Source: Octopus sinensis (taxonomy: Eukaryota). From it: DNA of 64,000 nucleotides. The DNA lies in the NCBI RefSeq assembly GCF_006345805.1, contig NC_043022.1, forward strand, positions 19,344,001-19,408,000, in the 5' to 3' direction. The translations under genes were made by a program, and so were the position numbers. Positions 49,504 through 64,000 of the stretch are shown here, one piece after another. Position 1 is the first letter of the stretch. The number at the start of each line of letters is the position of its first letter. The notes under the pieces were generated by a model. The model did not search any database and was not told where the DNA came from. It saw only the letters and a list, made by a program, of their open reading frames with translations.

Positions 49504-50234
49504 CGGTGTGTAATATATAAATTCAGATGTTTTAATGAATATCTCTTGCAAATTTGTCATTCCAGAAGGTGGACGTTAGAGCGACGTGGACCTGATAACG
49601 AAGTTTATTTGAATCGATCTTATAGTGTGGTAGTTGATTGTGCTCACATCATTTGCACAGAGTGCGGAGACCTATTGAAGGAGTAAACCAATTCAGAAGA
49701 AATTAAATCTGTTCTAGATCGATAAGATTTACTTTGCTTAACGGTTATATTGTGACGTTTTAAATTGTCTATGAGAAAATGTCTATGAGAAAATTATTTA
49801 TTTGACATTTGTTTTGATTTTTAGAGTAACAAATATTACATTATGTGTTAATAACGATAGTAGTTTTAATAAACATAGTTGATGATATTATAACAGAGTT
49901 GAAGCTTCATTATATATCTTAAATGCAGTATTTGATGATTTCTAATATAATCTTTATAAAGCTATTTCTTTACATAACGAATATTATTAATGAAATATGG
50001 ATAAGATGATATAATAAAACGATTTAAATATAAACATTCTTCATACTTCTTAATGATTTTACATGAAATAAATGTAGTTATTCAGAAACTTGAAGTGTTT
50101 TGTTTTCATTTTCTAAAGACATTATTTATGTACAAGTATATATATGTGTCTGTGTGTGTGTCTGTGTGTGAGTGAAAGTGCGTGTGTGTCTGTGTGCGAG
50201 TGTGAGTGTGTTTGTATGTATGTATTATATATAT

Positions 50235-50289
<55 letters not shown>

Positions 50290-51214
50290 CTGTGTGTGAG
50301 TGAAAGTGTGTGTGTGTGTGTCTGTGTGCGAGTATGAGTGTGTGTGTATGTATGTATTACATATATATATGTGTGTGTGTGTGTGTATACGAAGATAGAA
50401 AAGAGAGATAAGATTAATAAACATTTACTAATATTTTGACAAAACCAACAATTGCTTGCATTCACCGATTACAAGCCAGAATATCATAATGGAAGAACGT
50501 ACAAAGACATTTATATATATCATATTTAAAACAGGAAAACATTAGATAATCAAACATAACAAATACAGTGTACCATTAAAATTAATACATATAATAAAAA
50601 AAAAACATGAACAGTTATAAAAATATATACATTTATAATATTAATTTTAATGGTACACAGCATTTTTCCTGTTTGATTATTTGATGTTTTCATTGTTTTA
50701 AACATGATAATTTTAATAATTTCTTTGTAACTTCTTCATGATGTTATTCTGGTTTGTAATAATTAACCATATTGATTTAATCAAATTTAATTGAATTTGA
50801 TTGGTTTTATAGCATTAAAAGATGAATTGAAACAATTTTAGGTCTTGACAATGTATTAATAATTTCTTATTAATCTTTTCTGCATCTTATATCGTGGCTT
50901 TTATAATGATAATATACATGTGTGTGCCTCTATTAATAGGTATACAAACAGCCTAATCTTGGATAGTTCTATCCCTCTATGGTTTATATAACCTCACTTT
51001 TTCTTTAATAATTAAATATATATATATATAATATGGGTGCCTAATTTGCAATTTTACTACATGAAGGCAGAAATTTATACGTCATTAAAGTGAACAACAG
51101 TCCTAACCAGCAGCTAGACATAAGAGTCAAAACATCTCAATAACCACAAAAAGAAGTATCTTAATGAGCTGAAAAGGAGATGAGTCCCCTACAGTCGCAG
51201 ATAGAGCTAGAATT
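48460..51214 (+). repeat. Left arm of a ~2.8-3.3-kb inverted segmental duplication (partner 59362-62712)
   Basis: Colinear reverse-complement match: R4 3' tip, SINE A, (ACT)(GAT)n, (TG)n, RING relic and AT-rich unique blocks. Confidence 0.92.
49527..49686 (+). pseudogene. Degenerate terminal RING (MIB-type) exon relic
   Basis: ..LERRGPDNEVYLNRSYSVVVDCAHIICTECGDLLKE*; compare the last RING of MIB1, [22 protein letters not shown]; the first and last Cys pairs are lost. Confidence 0.5.
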
Positions 51215-51271
51215 GTATAGGCAGCAAGCTGGCAGAACCGCTAGCACGCCGGGCGAAATGCGTAGTCGTGA

Positions 51272-51963
51272 GGTCACGGGTGGAAAGAGTTAATGATAAT
51301 TCAGCTTCAAAAGGTCGAATCTTGGGCTAAACAACAATAATAAAATGTAAAGACACATTAGATAATATATTCATAGATACACTATGACGGGTAAAATAAA
51401 AAAAAGGTGTAGAAGTGTTGATGATGGATAATTAGGGTTTCTTGATTGACCCGAGTTAACTGTCCCTTTGCAGATTCCCCTGCTTTTCATTCACTTTTAT
51501 CGTACAGCCGTTTTTAATTTTCCTTTGATAGACGGTAATACAGCTAAAAGTTACTTCCCTGGGATTTAACAAGAATTGTCTCCCTTGTCAAAATTACTAG
51601 ATTCTTTCAAGACACATTTTCATACCTTTCACACACTCAGTATGTTTCTTAAAGTTCTTCGCATTAATCAGTTTTTTTTATTCCATATCTTTTACCTGTC
51701 TTTGTCATTAGACTAAGACCATGCTGGAGCACTACATTAAAGGGATTAGTAAAAAAAATCGAAATCATTTTTCCGTTGGTGTCTTTTCTTGAATGGCTCT
51801 CATATTGGGATGCAAACAAACCAGCATTGTGATGAAGTGATGGGGGGGGGACAAAGAAAGACACGTGTACATACATTTATGTGGATGTGTACATATCTTT
51901 ATATACGTACGTACGTACGTATGTATGTATGTATGTATGTATGTATGTATGTATGTATGTATG

Positions 51964-51995
<32 letters not shown>

Positions 51996-52010
51996 AATAT
52001 CGTGTCACTA
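51272..52010 (+). repeat. Direct duplication partner of 54641-55180
   Basis: Shared block gtcacgggtggaaa..ggataattagggtttcttgattgaccc..ttaactgtccctttgcag, and a shared (TATG)n-atatcgtgtcactac end. Confidence 0.75.
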
Positions 52011-52369
52011 CGTCGTTTACGACGATGAGTGTTCTAGTTGATCCCAACAACGGAACAACCTTCTCGGGAAATTAATGTGTAAGTGGTTGAGCACTCCCAG
52101 ACACCTGTACCCTTAACGTAGTTCTCGGGAGAGATACAGCGTGACACAGAATGTGACGAGGCTGGGCCCTTGAAATACAGGTACAAGAGAAGCAGGAAGA
52201 GTGAGATAAATTCGTGGTCAAAGAGTACAGCAGGGTTCGCCGCCACCCACTGCAGGAGTCACGTGGAGCTTTTGGTGTTTTCGCTCAACAAAAACTCGCA
52301 ACAACCGGTTTTGAAATCGAAACCGCTATCCTACGACCGCGATGCCGCTGCCCTGACCACATTGCACCT
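52005..52369 (-). mobile_element. SINE family C
   Basis: Head gcaatgtggtcagggcagcgg plus conserved body. Confidence 0.7.
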
Positions 52370-52588
52370 CTACTAATTATATATACATATATATATTTAA
52401 AGTGTATTTTATTTGGAAAGTAGTAGAGTACAAAATAGAGCTCGTTCATCCTCACAATTTCCAGATACCCGGTAATGTTACGTTATGCTTCCAAGTCTAG
52501 GTTTATGCATTCATCGGGTGTGTAGCATTTATTAACTACCTGTCTAACATCTCCTTCTTCTTGACTCAAATTTATTGAATTATATACC

Positions 52589-52661
<73 letters not shown>

Positions 52662-52697
52662 TGTGTGTGTGTGTGTATGTGTGTGTGTGTGTATTAA

Positions 52698-53097
52698 ATG
52701 AAATAAATGAAAAACAGGACTCAGAGGATGTTGTGGTACATATGTTTCGGGTTTTATAGAACAAGTTATTCTTACATCAATGCATAATCGACATAACAGA
52801 TAGATCAAAAGCCTTTTTCAGCCGCGTGCAATTGCCACACCAAAGACTTGTATCACATTATAAAAGGTTTGAGAAAAACATTTGGTATTGTTTATAATGG
52901 TATAAACCTTTTATACCATTTATAAACATTTTATAATGTGATACAAGTCTTTGGTGTAACAAGTGCATGCGGCTGAAGAAGGCTTTTGAACCATCTGTTA
53001 AGTCGATTATGCATTGATGTAAGAATAAGTTGTTCTATAAAGCCCGAAACATATGTACCGCAACATCCTCTGAGTCCTGTTTTTCATTTATTTCATT
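52698..53097. mobile_element. Fold-back element: ~167-bp inverted arms around a ~65-bp spacer (inverted pLTR-like), between microsatellites
   Basis: 52698-52864 vs 52930-53097 are reverse-complementary with scattered mismatches; each arm contains a hammerhead motif. Confidence 0.88.
52968..53062 (+). ncRNA. Type I hammerhead ribozyme
   Basis: UGCGG-CUGAAGA-a-GGCUUU[long loop]AAAGCCC-GAAA-CAUAUG-UA|CCGCA; palindromic stem III ACAUAUGU; the copy in the left arm has CUGAAAA (G8A). Confidence 0.8.
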
Positions 53098-53178
53098 TGA
53101 TACATATATCCTATCACTAGCTGGCATATACAGGTGCTTACATTTATCAAGTATTCACCCTGAATTTATTGTACCTAA

Positions 53179-53263
<85 letters not shown>

Positions 53264-53471
53264 GGCGAGAGAGAAAAAGAGAGATAGTTAAAAAGAAAAC
53301 GAGAGAGACAGACACAAACAGACAGACAGAGAGAATAAATGAAAGAGCGAAAGAGAGAGACAGAGAGTTTAATGTGGATTAGTATTAACTGCAATATCGC
53401 CCTAATAATATCGTGTATGATAAGATTAGGTGTCTGTATTTACCTTGTTTATTTACATATTCTGTGTAAGT

Positions 53472-53769
53472 GTGTGGCTTAATGGTTAGCGTATTTGGCT
53501 CAGGATGGTTGTCTAGTGAGATCGACACACAGTGGCGCATTGTGTCCTAGAGCAAGACACTTTACTTCACATTCACCCGTTTCACTCAGCTGGCAAAAAT
53601 GAGTTGTACTTGTAATTCAGAATTATCACATTCAGTGAGTCATAATGAATCTCTACGCTAAAGTTACATGTTTCTCTGGAGTACTCAGCCATGTGCACGT
53701 CAATTTCTCGAGCAATCTGTTCCGTTGATCGGATCAAGTGGAACACTTGTCGTAATCGACGGAGAGGCA
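53472..53769 (+). mobile_element. SINE family C-like, diverged
   Basis: Head tggcttaatggttagc plus the conserved 3' body. Confidence 0.6.
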
Positions 53770-54389
53770 AGCTATTAACAATGCCATGTCTATTGTTATT
53801 GTTGATGTCATTCTTATTGTTATTGTCGCTATTGTGATTGCAATTGAAAAACTGTCTATCATAATATTACAATCATACAAGTTCAAAGTTAATAGTTTTA
53901 AAAAAAGGGTGAAAAATATACCAATTTATTTATCATCTCCACTGCTTCCTTTGGTGGTAGCAACTGTATATAAATTTCTACCACCTACCTCCCGCCAGAT
54001 CTCTAACGTTCACTTGAAAAATCTGTGTGTAGAGATTTCACTGCAGGATAATGATATTTTTCCGTAAATGTAGGATGGCATGTTTATTCATTGTCCAACT
54101 TATAGATCTTTGCTCATATACAGAGGACAAACAAAGAGAGAAGATTAAAGGGTATGGGGGAAAGGTGTTTCTTTGGTCTGGAAGATCCTTCATAATGTTT
54201 GTAGATGTAGATCAAAATATGCAGGACATAATGAAAGCAAAAAAGCAGTGAAGAAATCGAACTTTTGCTCTGAGTTTAGAAAAAGATCTTACATTTCAGA
54301 TCATGTTGCCGAGAAAAGGATGCATTAGAAAATAGGACACACGAGATTATAAATGAACGTGATGGGCACGGATTGAAGAGATCTAACGA

Positions 54390-54760
54390 CAACTCAGTTT
54401 GATCGGATCGAATCTGAGGTTAAACAACAACAACAACAACAAAGATGTAAGGATACATTAAATCATGTATACCTAGACACACTATGCCTGATAAACAGTC
54501 GTGATAGTCACGAGTGGAAATGTTTTATTGATAACTCAGCTTGATCAAGTCGAATCTGGGTCTAAACAACAACAATAAAATGTAAGGATACATTAAATAA
54601 TGTATTTCAAGATACACAATGCCTGATAAACAGTCGTAAGGTCACGGGTGGAAAAGAGTTAATGATAATTCAGCTTGATATGGTCGATTCTTGGGCTAAA
54701 CAACAACAATAAAATGTAAAGACACATTAGATAATATATTCTTAGATACTCTATGACAGG
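54390..54760 (+). repeat. Degenerate tandem repeat, ~2.5-3 copies of a ~140-bp unit
   Basis: Recurring ..tcgaatctg..taaacaacaacaa..atgtaaggatacatta..atgcctgataaacagtcgt. Confidence 0.7.
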
Positions 54761-55190
54761 TAAAATAGAAAAATAGGTGATGAAGTGTTGATGATGGATA
54801 ATTAGGGTTTCTTGATTGACCCTAGTTAACTGTCCCTTTGCAGGATTCCCCTGCCTTTCATTCACTTTTATCGCATTGCCGTTTTTAATTTTCGTCAGCT
54901 AGACGACAATTCTACTGAGTTACTTCACTGGCATAAAACAAGAGTGGTCTCCCTTGTCATACTTATTGTATACCTTCGAGACGCACATATTCACACGTTT
55001 CATGTATGTATGTATGTATGTATGTATGTATGTATGTATGTATGTATGTATGTATGTATGTATGTATGCATGCATGTATGTATGCATGCATGTATGTATG
55101 CATGCATGTATGTATGTGTGTATGTGTATATATATATATATGTACGTATGTATGTATGTATGTAAGTATATCGTGTCACTACATAGTTTA

Positions 55191-55236
<46 letters not shown>

Positions 55237-55579
55237 AAGGGGAGAGTTGAAGACAGACAGCGTATGAAAATAGGTATTTGGTGAAAGAGAGTCTCGGACT
55301 GCGAAAGGTTTGGGAATCGCCGCTCTAATGGCCGTGCATTTTAAAGGCTTTCTTATCCATATACACAGAAGCATGCTATGTCGACTAGACTTAAGCGATT
55401 TGAATGATAGATGTTTATAGTTAATAGGCCAATGCCATTTGGTATGTTAGTGTAATTATCGTATATTTGGATACTAAGGAATCGATGTATATTCTATAAG
55501 ATACTCCTCAGATAAATTTATGGACATTAATACCATGGTGGTGATGAAAACGAGTCAGCCCAAGAAAATAGTACAAAAA

Positions 55580-55977
55580 GTGGCTGTGTCGTAAGTAGCT
55601 TGCTTACCAATCACATGGTTCCGGGTTCAGTCCCACTGCGGGGCACCTTAGGCAAGTGTCTTCTACTATAGCCTCGGGCCGACCAAAGACTTGTGAATGG
55701 ATTTGGTAGACGGAAACTGAAAGAAGACCGTCGTATATATGTATATATATATATATGTTTGTGTGTATGTTTGTGTGTCTGTGTCTGTCCCCCTAGCATT
55801 GCTTGACAACCGATGCTGGTGTGTTTACGTCCCCGTAACTTAGCGGTTCGGCAAAAAGAGACCAATAGAATAAGTACTGGGCTTACAAAGAATAAGTCTC
55901 GAGGTCGATTTGCTCGACTAAAGGCGGTGCTCCAGCATGGCCGCAGTCAAAATGACTGAAACAAGTAAAAAAGAGTA
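55580..55977 (+). mobile_element. SINE family B, full length
   Basis: Matches 4437-4833. Confidence 0.8.
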
Positions 55978-57219
55978 ATTGTCAATATATATTCATAAAG
56001 CATAATTCAGAATTCAGTGAAGTTACAAGGAAAGGATTAAATTCATATTCTATTAACAAACAATAGAAACTGTAGCTTCACATTCACGTCGATTCTCAGA
56101 TATGCATGTTTCATCGCGTTTTGACACGTTATACTAACCAAGGTTGCACAACCATGGCAACCCATCCTTTGTTTGGGCCGTTCCTAATTACTCTGTAACC
56201 CAATACAGTCGTATCTTCAATGCAACGGATATTTGAAGGGATATGAGGAGACTTGATCAGGGTTAAAGGAGAAAAAAAAAGAAAGAAGATGAAAGAAAAG
56301 AGAAGGAAAGGGAGGTATATAAACGGAAGAAAGGTTATGAAAGGACAAAACGAAGAGAAAATGAAAGGGATATGCAGGGAGTTGAAGCGAGATGCAGAGA
56401 GGTATCATGAGGTTCTGGGGAGAGGATTGCATATGATATGAATGTTGAGTTATGCTGAGATATACCTGACGAGAACATTGGATGGTAATTTGAGTAGATA
56501 TCGATATTCCAGGTGGCCATCCACATTGAATTTGGAATACATTCTGAACGATATGAAAGTTTTGCACAGCAAATATCTCAGTGTGTGAATGCTAAGATTT
56601 CCTATTTAAAAAATTGTTATGCACAACCAATATCTTTAGTATTCAGTTACAAATTTAGTTGTAGAAGTGTCTGTACCACTTAAAAGGAATGGATTGATAT
56701 GGGTAAACGCGGGGGAAGTTTAGTATATATATCGAGAGTATAATTTGAGAAGTAAACGCTGTTAATCTAATAACAGATATTCTTCACTTTCCTCTTTCCA
56801 TCCTAGCCTTTTCTTTCTATTTATAGAACATTCTTTTCACAGAATCTGTGTATCTGTACGGGCATCTATACATAAATATACAAATATATGCGTACACAAA
56901 CAACACCGCACGCGCACACGCAGACATACACACACACACACGCACGTACATACATAGATACATACATACATACATACATGCATACATACATACATACATA
57001 CATAAATACATACATATTCCTCTCTCAAATCCACGCACTAATTGCAGAGGTCATTCAGTTTTTCTATGCTTTGTAAAAGACTAGGAAAGTTAGGCCTCAT
57101 GATACTCTTAAAACCACCCCGCCGTATAATATATATATATATAATATATATATATATATAATATATATATATTATATATATATGGATATATATATATATA
57201 TATATATAATATATATATA

Positions 57220-57262
<43 letters not shown>

Positions 57263-57305
57263 GAATATGTATATATGTATGTATGTAGAGGCGAAAACAC
57301 CTAAA

Positions 57306-57575
57306 GCGAAAACACCTAAAGATCCACAAGGCTCCAGCAGGGGGTAGTAGTGAACCCTGCTGTACTCTGTCACTCTTTTTCCCTGTTTCTGTTGTACCTG
57401 TATTTCAGAGGGCATCTCCTTGTCACACTCTGTGTCACGCTGCATCTCCCCGAGAACTACGTAAGGGAACATGTGTCTGTGGAGTGCTTAGCCACTTCCA
57501 CGTTAATTTCATGAGCGGGTTTTTCCGATGAGTGGATCAACTGGAACCCTCGCCGTCCTAACTGACGGTGTGCCA
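57306..57575 (+). mobile_element. SINE family C, 5'-truncated
   Basis: Conserved body. Confidence 0.65.
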
Positions 57576-57576
57576 C

Positions 57577-57667
<91 letters not shown>

Positions 57668-58018
57668 CAGGGTTTGGGCAAAATAATGGAATACCTAGCA
57701 TCATAATTTTGAAATATCTATAAAACCCTCAAAATCTTGTTTATTTTTATGTATTCTTTTTTTATTTATTGTTAGTGTTGATTGATATGTTTTGTTAAAG
57801 TTGCTGTTTCTTTTCAGATTTTAATTTGTCAAGAAAGTTCTTGCGGAATTTTTAATTTTGGTTTTAAATGATGTATTTCCAAATTAATTGTCGTTAAATT
57901 ACTTTGACTTTATATATCATTATAAAGCACGTGTTTTGTTCTATCTAATCGTGAGACTCTTTTTCCTTTTGAATAATTAGGCAGTTTTTTTTTCTGGAAC
58001 ATTGAATACAGTATAGGC

Positions 58019-58310
58019 AAAAAGCAAATTCGTACACTTTTCTTATTCTAGTTCAAGCTAGGCCGAGAAGCTGCTGAAACAGCTAGCGATATCAACGATG
58101 CGTTTGGCCAAGGAACCACTAATAAACCTTCAGCACAATGGTGGTTCAAGAAATTTCGTAGCGAATACGAGAGTCTTGAAGATGATAAGCGTAGTGGTGG
58201 GCCATCGGATGTTAACAACGATCAACGAAGAGCCTTAGTCGAAGTCAATCCACGCACAACTGTCTGAGAGCTTGCTTCTGAATTAGACATAACCTATACG
58301 ACAATTTCCA
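58019..58310 (+). mobile_element. Mariner (Hsmar-like) transposase N-terminal relic
   Basis: KKQIRTLFLF*FKLGREAAETASDINDAFG..AQWWFKKFRS..SLEDDKRSG..VEVNPRTT..ELASEL. Confidence 0.85.
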
Positions 58311-58381
58311 CAAAAATTGTCGTAAATACACCAATATCGGTTGCCAAATGATGGTGGTGGTGGGGGAACACCCACACACAA

Positions 58382-58422
<41 letters not shown>

Positions 58423-58475
58423 TACATAAATATATATATATATATACATATATATATAGAGAGAGAGAGAGAAAG

Positions 58476-58535
<60 letters not shown>

Positions 58536-58619
58536 GAAGAAGGTGCCATGCAGTGAGTTTGAACGTGGAACCATGTGGTTGGTAAGCAAGCTACTTACCA
58601 CACAGTCATTTTGCGCCTA

Positions 58620-58850
58620 TAGGCAGCGAGCTGGCAGAACCGTTAGCACGCCGGGCGAAATGCGTAGCCGTATTTCGTCTGCCGTTGCGCTCTGCGTTCA
58701 AATTCCGTCGAGGTCAACTTTGCCTTTCATCCTTTCGGGGTCGATAAATAAAGTACCGGTTACGCCCTGGGGTCGATGTAATCAACTTAATCCCTTTGCC
58801 TATCTTTGTTTGTCCCCTCTATGTTTAGCCCTTTGTGGGCAATAGAGAAA
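58620..58850 (+). mobile_element. SINE family A
   Basis: ggcagcgagctggcagaaccgttagc..gttcaaattcc. Confidence 0.8.
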
Positions 58851-58894
58851 TATATATGTATATGTGTGTGTGTGTGTGCGTGTATATATATATA

Positions 58895-59118
58895 TATAAT
58901 ATTATTAGAGACAAAACCACTATTTTGCAAAACAAACAAGAAAAGACTTAATCAATACATAAAATTTTATGTATTGATTAAGTCTTTTCTTGTTTGTTTT
59001 GCAAAATAGTGGTTTTGTCTCTAATAATATTATATAATATTTTACTATAAATTGGATTTAATCCTAAATCTGATTTTTCCCTGTAAATTTGGATTTATTC
59101 CCTAATATTTATTATATA
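58895..59118. repeat. Perfect loopless 140-bp palindrome plus ~85-bp tail in (TA)n
   Basis: 58895-58964 is the reverse complement of 58965-59034; same family as 20440-21000. Confidence 0.88.
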
Positions 59119-59119
59119 T

Positions 59120-59182
<63 letters not shown>

Positions 59183-59361
59183 TATGCCTTCAGGTTGAAA
59201 AATTGCGAATTATCCACCCATATTATTTATAATTGTCCCTTTACCGTTTATTAAATCAGCATTTGAATTCAACGGAGACCTTATAAGCTGACAAGGCGAG
59301 GTGGGTTTAACCGCAGACGCCTTGAGAGCTATTGATGTGCATTAAGAGCGTTGAGCATCAG

Positions 59362-62764
<3,403 letters not shown>

Positions 62765-62766
62765 GT

Positions 62767-62827
<61 letters not shown>

Positions 62828-63394
62828 TTTATTATTGTTATTATTGTGGTGAGCTGGCAGAATCGTTAGCACGCTGAACGAAATGCTGAGCGATATTTCG
62901 TCTGTCGCGACGTCTGAGTTCAAATTCCGCCGCGGTTTGCTTCACCTTTTGTAGTCGAAACTTTAGCCAACCAGACTTACAAATATTCAACCAATTTCTC
63001 GTTGAGTGAAGTAATGAAGCAGACAAATAAAGAGGTTAATATACAGAGAGACAGTCATGCTGAGAAATAGATAGATAGATAGACAGATAAATAGTTAGAT
63101 AGCTATAAAGCGTTTGACGCATAGAAACAGATTGATAGGAAGATGAGTAAAAAGATTAATACAAAAACAACCAGAATGTCAACAAATGAGATTGACTGGT
63201 CGATAAGTGAACTAGAAAACTAACGGCGAACCAGTCAGGCAAATATTGATAGAGAAACAAGAAAAGAGATCGACAGATAAATCGCTTGGCAGATAGTGAA
63301 AGTGGGTGACAGGCAGAAAGATTGGACAATTGACGGACAAAGAAATTAACATAAAAAGAGACAGATAATGTAGGCATAAAAAAAAATTGCTTAC

Positions 63395-63594
63395 GAATTG
63401 TAATTGTGCCTTCTATAGGCTCTCTGCACTTCAAGCACTTTTTGATAGTAGCCTTTTTAAAGCAGTCGTCACAGAGCAATACATGATTGCATGGCTTGAA
63501 TGATACGATGGCCTGTTTATCAGAACAGAGCCAACACTCTCTGGTATCACTTTGTGGTTCTGCAGCATGATCCTTCTTTGGCTGTGCACTTGTT
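63395..63594 (-). CDS. MIB-family C3HC4 RING-finger exon (gene C; rest of the gene lies beyond the window)
   Basis: cttccatag|..ECWLCSDKQAIVSFKPCNHVLLCDDCFKKATIKKCLKCREPIEGTITI|gtaagc; 200 nt, phase 2/1; compare MIB1 ECVVCSDKKAAVLFQPCGH. Confidence 0.9.
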
Positions 63595-63834
63595 CTATGG
63601 AAGTAAAGGGAGTAATCAGTTAAGGAGACAATATTTACAAAATCAGAACAATTGACTAAACATATATTATACATTAAATATTATAGTTTTAACAATATTT
63701 ATTCTATATGAAGCTGTGTGTCTATATATAGTACATAAAAATATGTATAAAAATATTTGTCATATAAAAGAGTGTGTACTTATAAAGGTATATATATAGA
63801 GAGAGATACACACACACATACGCGCACACACACA

Positions 63835-63877
<43 letters not shown>

Positions 63878-64000
63878 TATATGTATATATGCAAACATTT
63901 GTATATATGAAATTTCGTTTGTATAAGAAGGCATATGTATGAACCTCTGTTTATAAGAATATGAAACACTATTTCGATGTATAACAAATTGTGTATTTGC

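Noticed and set aside
63156-63674. 172-aa single-exon RING gene
   Set aside because: Only 63395-63594 is bounded by AG/GT and RING-like; the rest is intronic read-through.

Overview
Eukaryotic, AT-rich, microsatellite-saturated DNA. The SINE families and repeat density suggest an octopod cephalopod (inference). It contains one 100-N scaffold gap and no rRNA, intact tRNA or CRISPR. Host coding content is limited to scattered small exons from three apparently decaying mind bomb (MIB2-like) paralogs. Gene A (minus, 8765->6699) has one Mib/REP repeat and then a stop. Gene B (plus, 31601->44962) has three Mib/REP repeats, with exon 2 inverted and a 1-nt frameshift in exon 4. Gene C (minus, entering from beyond 64 kb) has an intact RING exon and a degenerate terminal RING. 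The rest is transposon-derived: R4/Dong-like RLE LINE pieces next to (AAT)n, L1/Tx1 and RTE relics, mariner relics, Helitron pieces, a 1.4-kb endonuclease-only Helentron, three tRNA-SINE families and two multi-kb inverted duplications. The most striking signal is RNA-structural: a 4.7-copy head-to-tail ~592-bp array (12899-15699) has a type I hammerhead ribozyme in every unit on the minus strand, i.e. a retrozyme-like circular-RNA element. It sits beside a near-complete Penelope-like element with tandem and inverted pseudo-LTRs carrying a variant hammerhead. Three further, sequence-unrelated hammerhead-bearing elements lie at 12.5, 27.7 and 53.0 kb.
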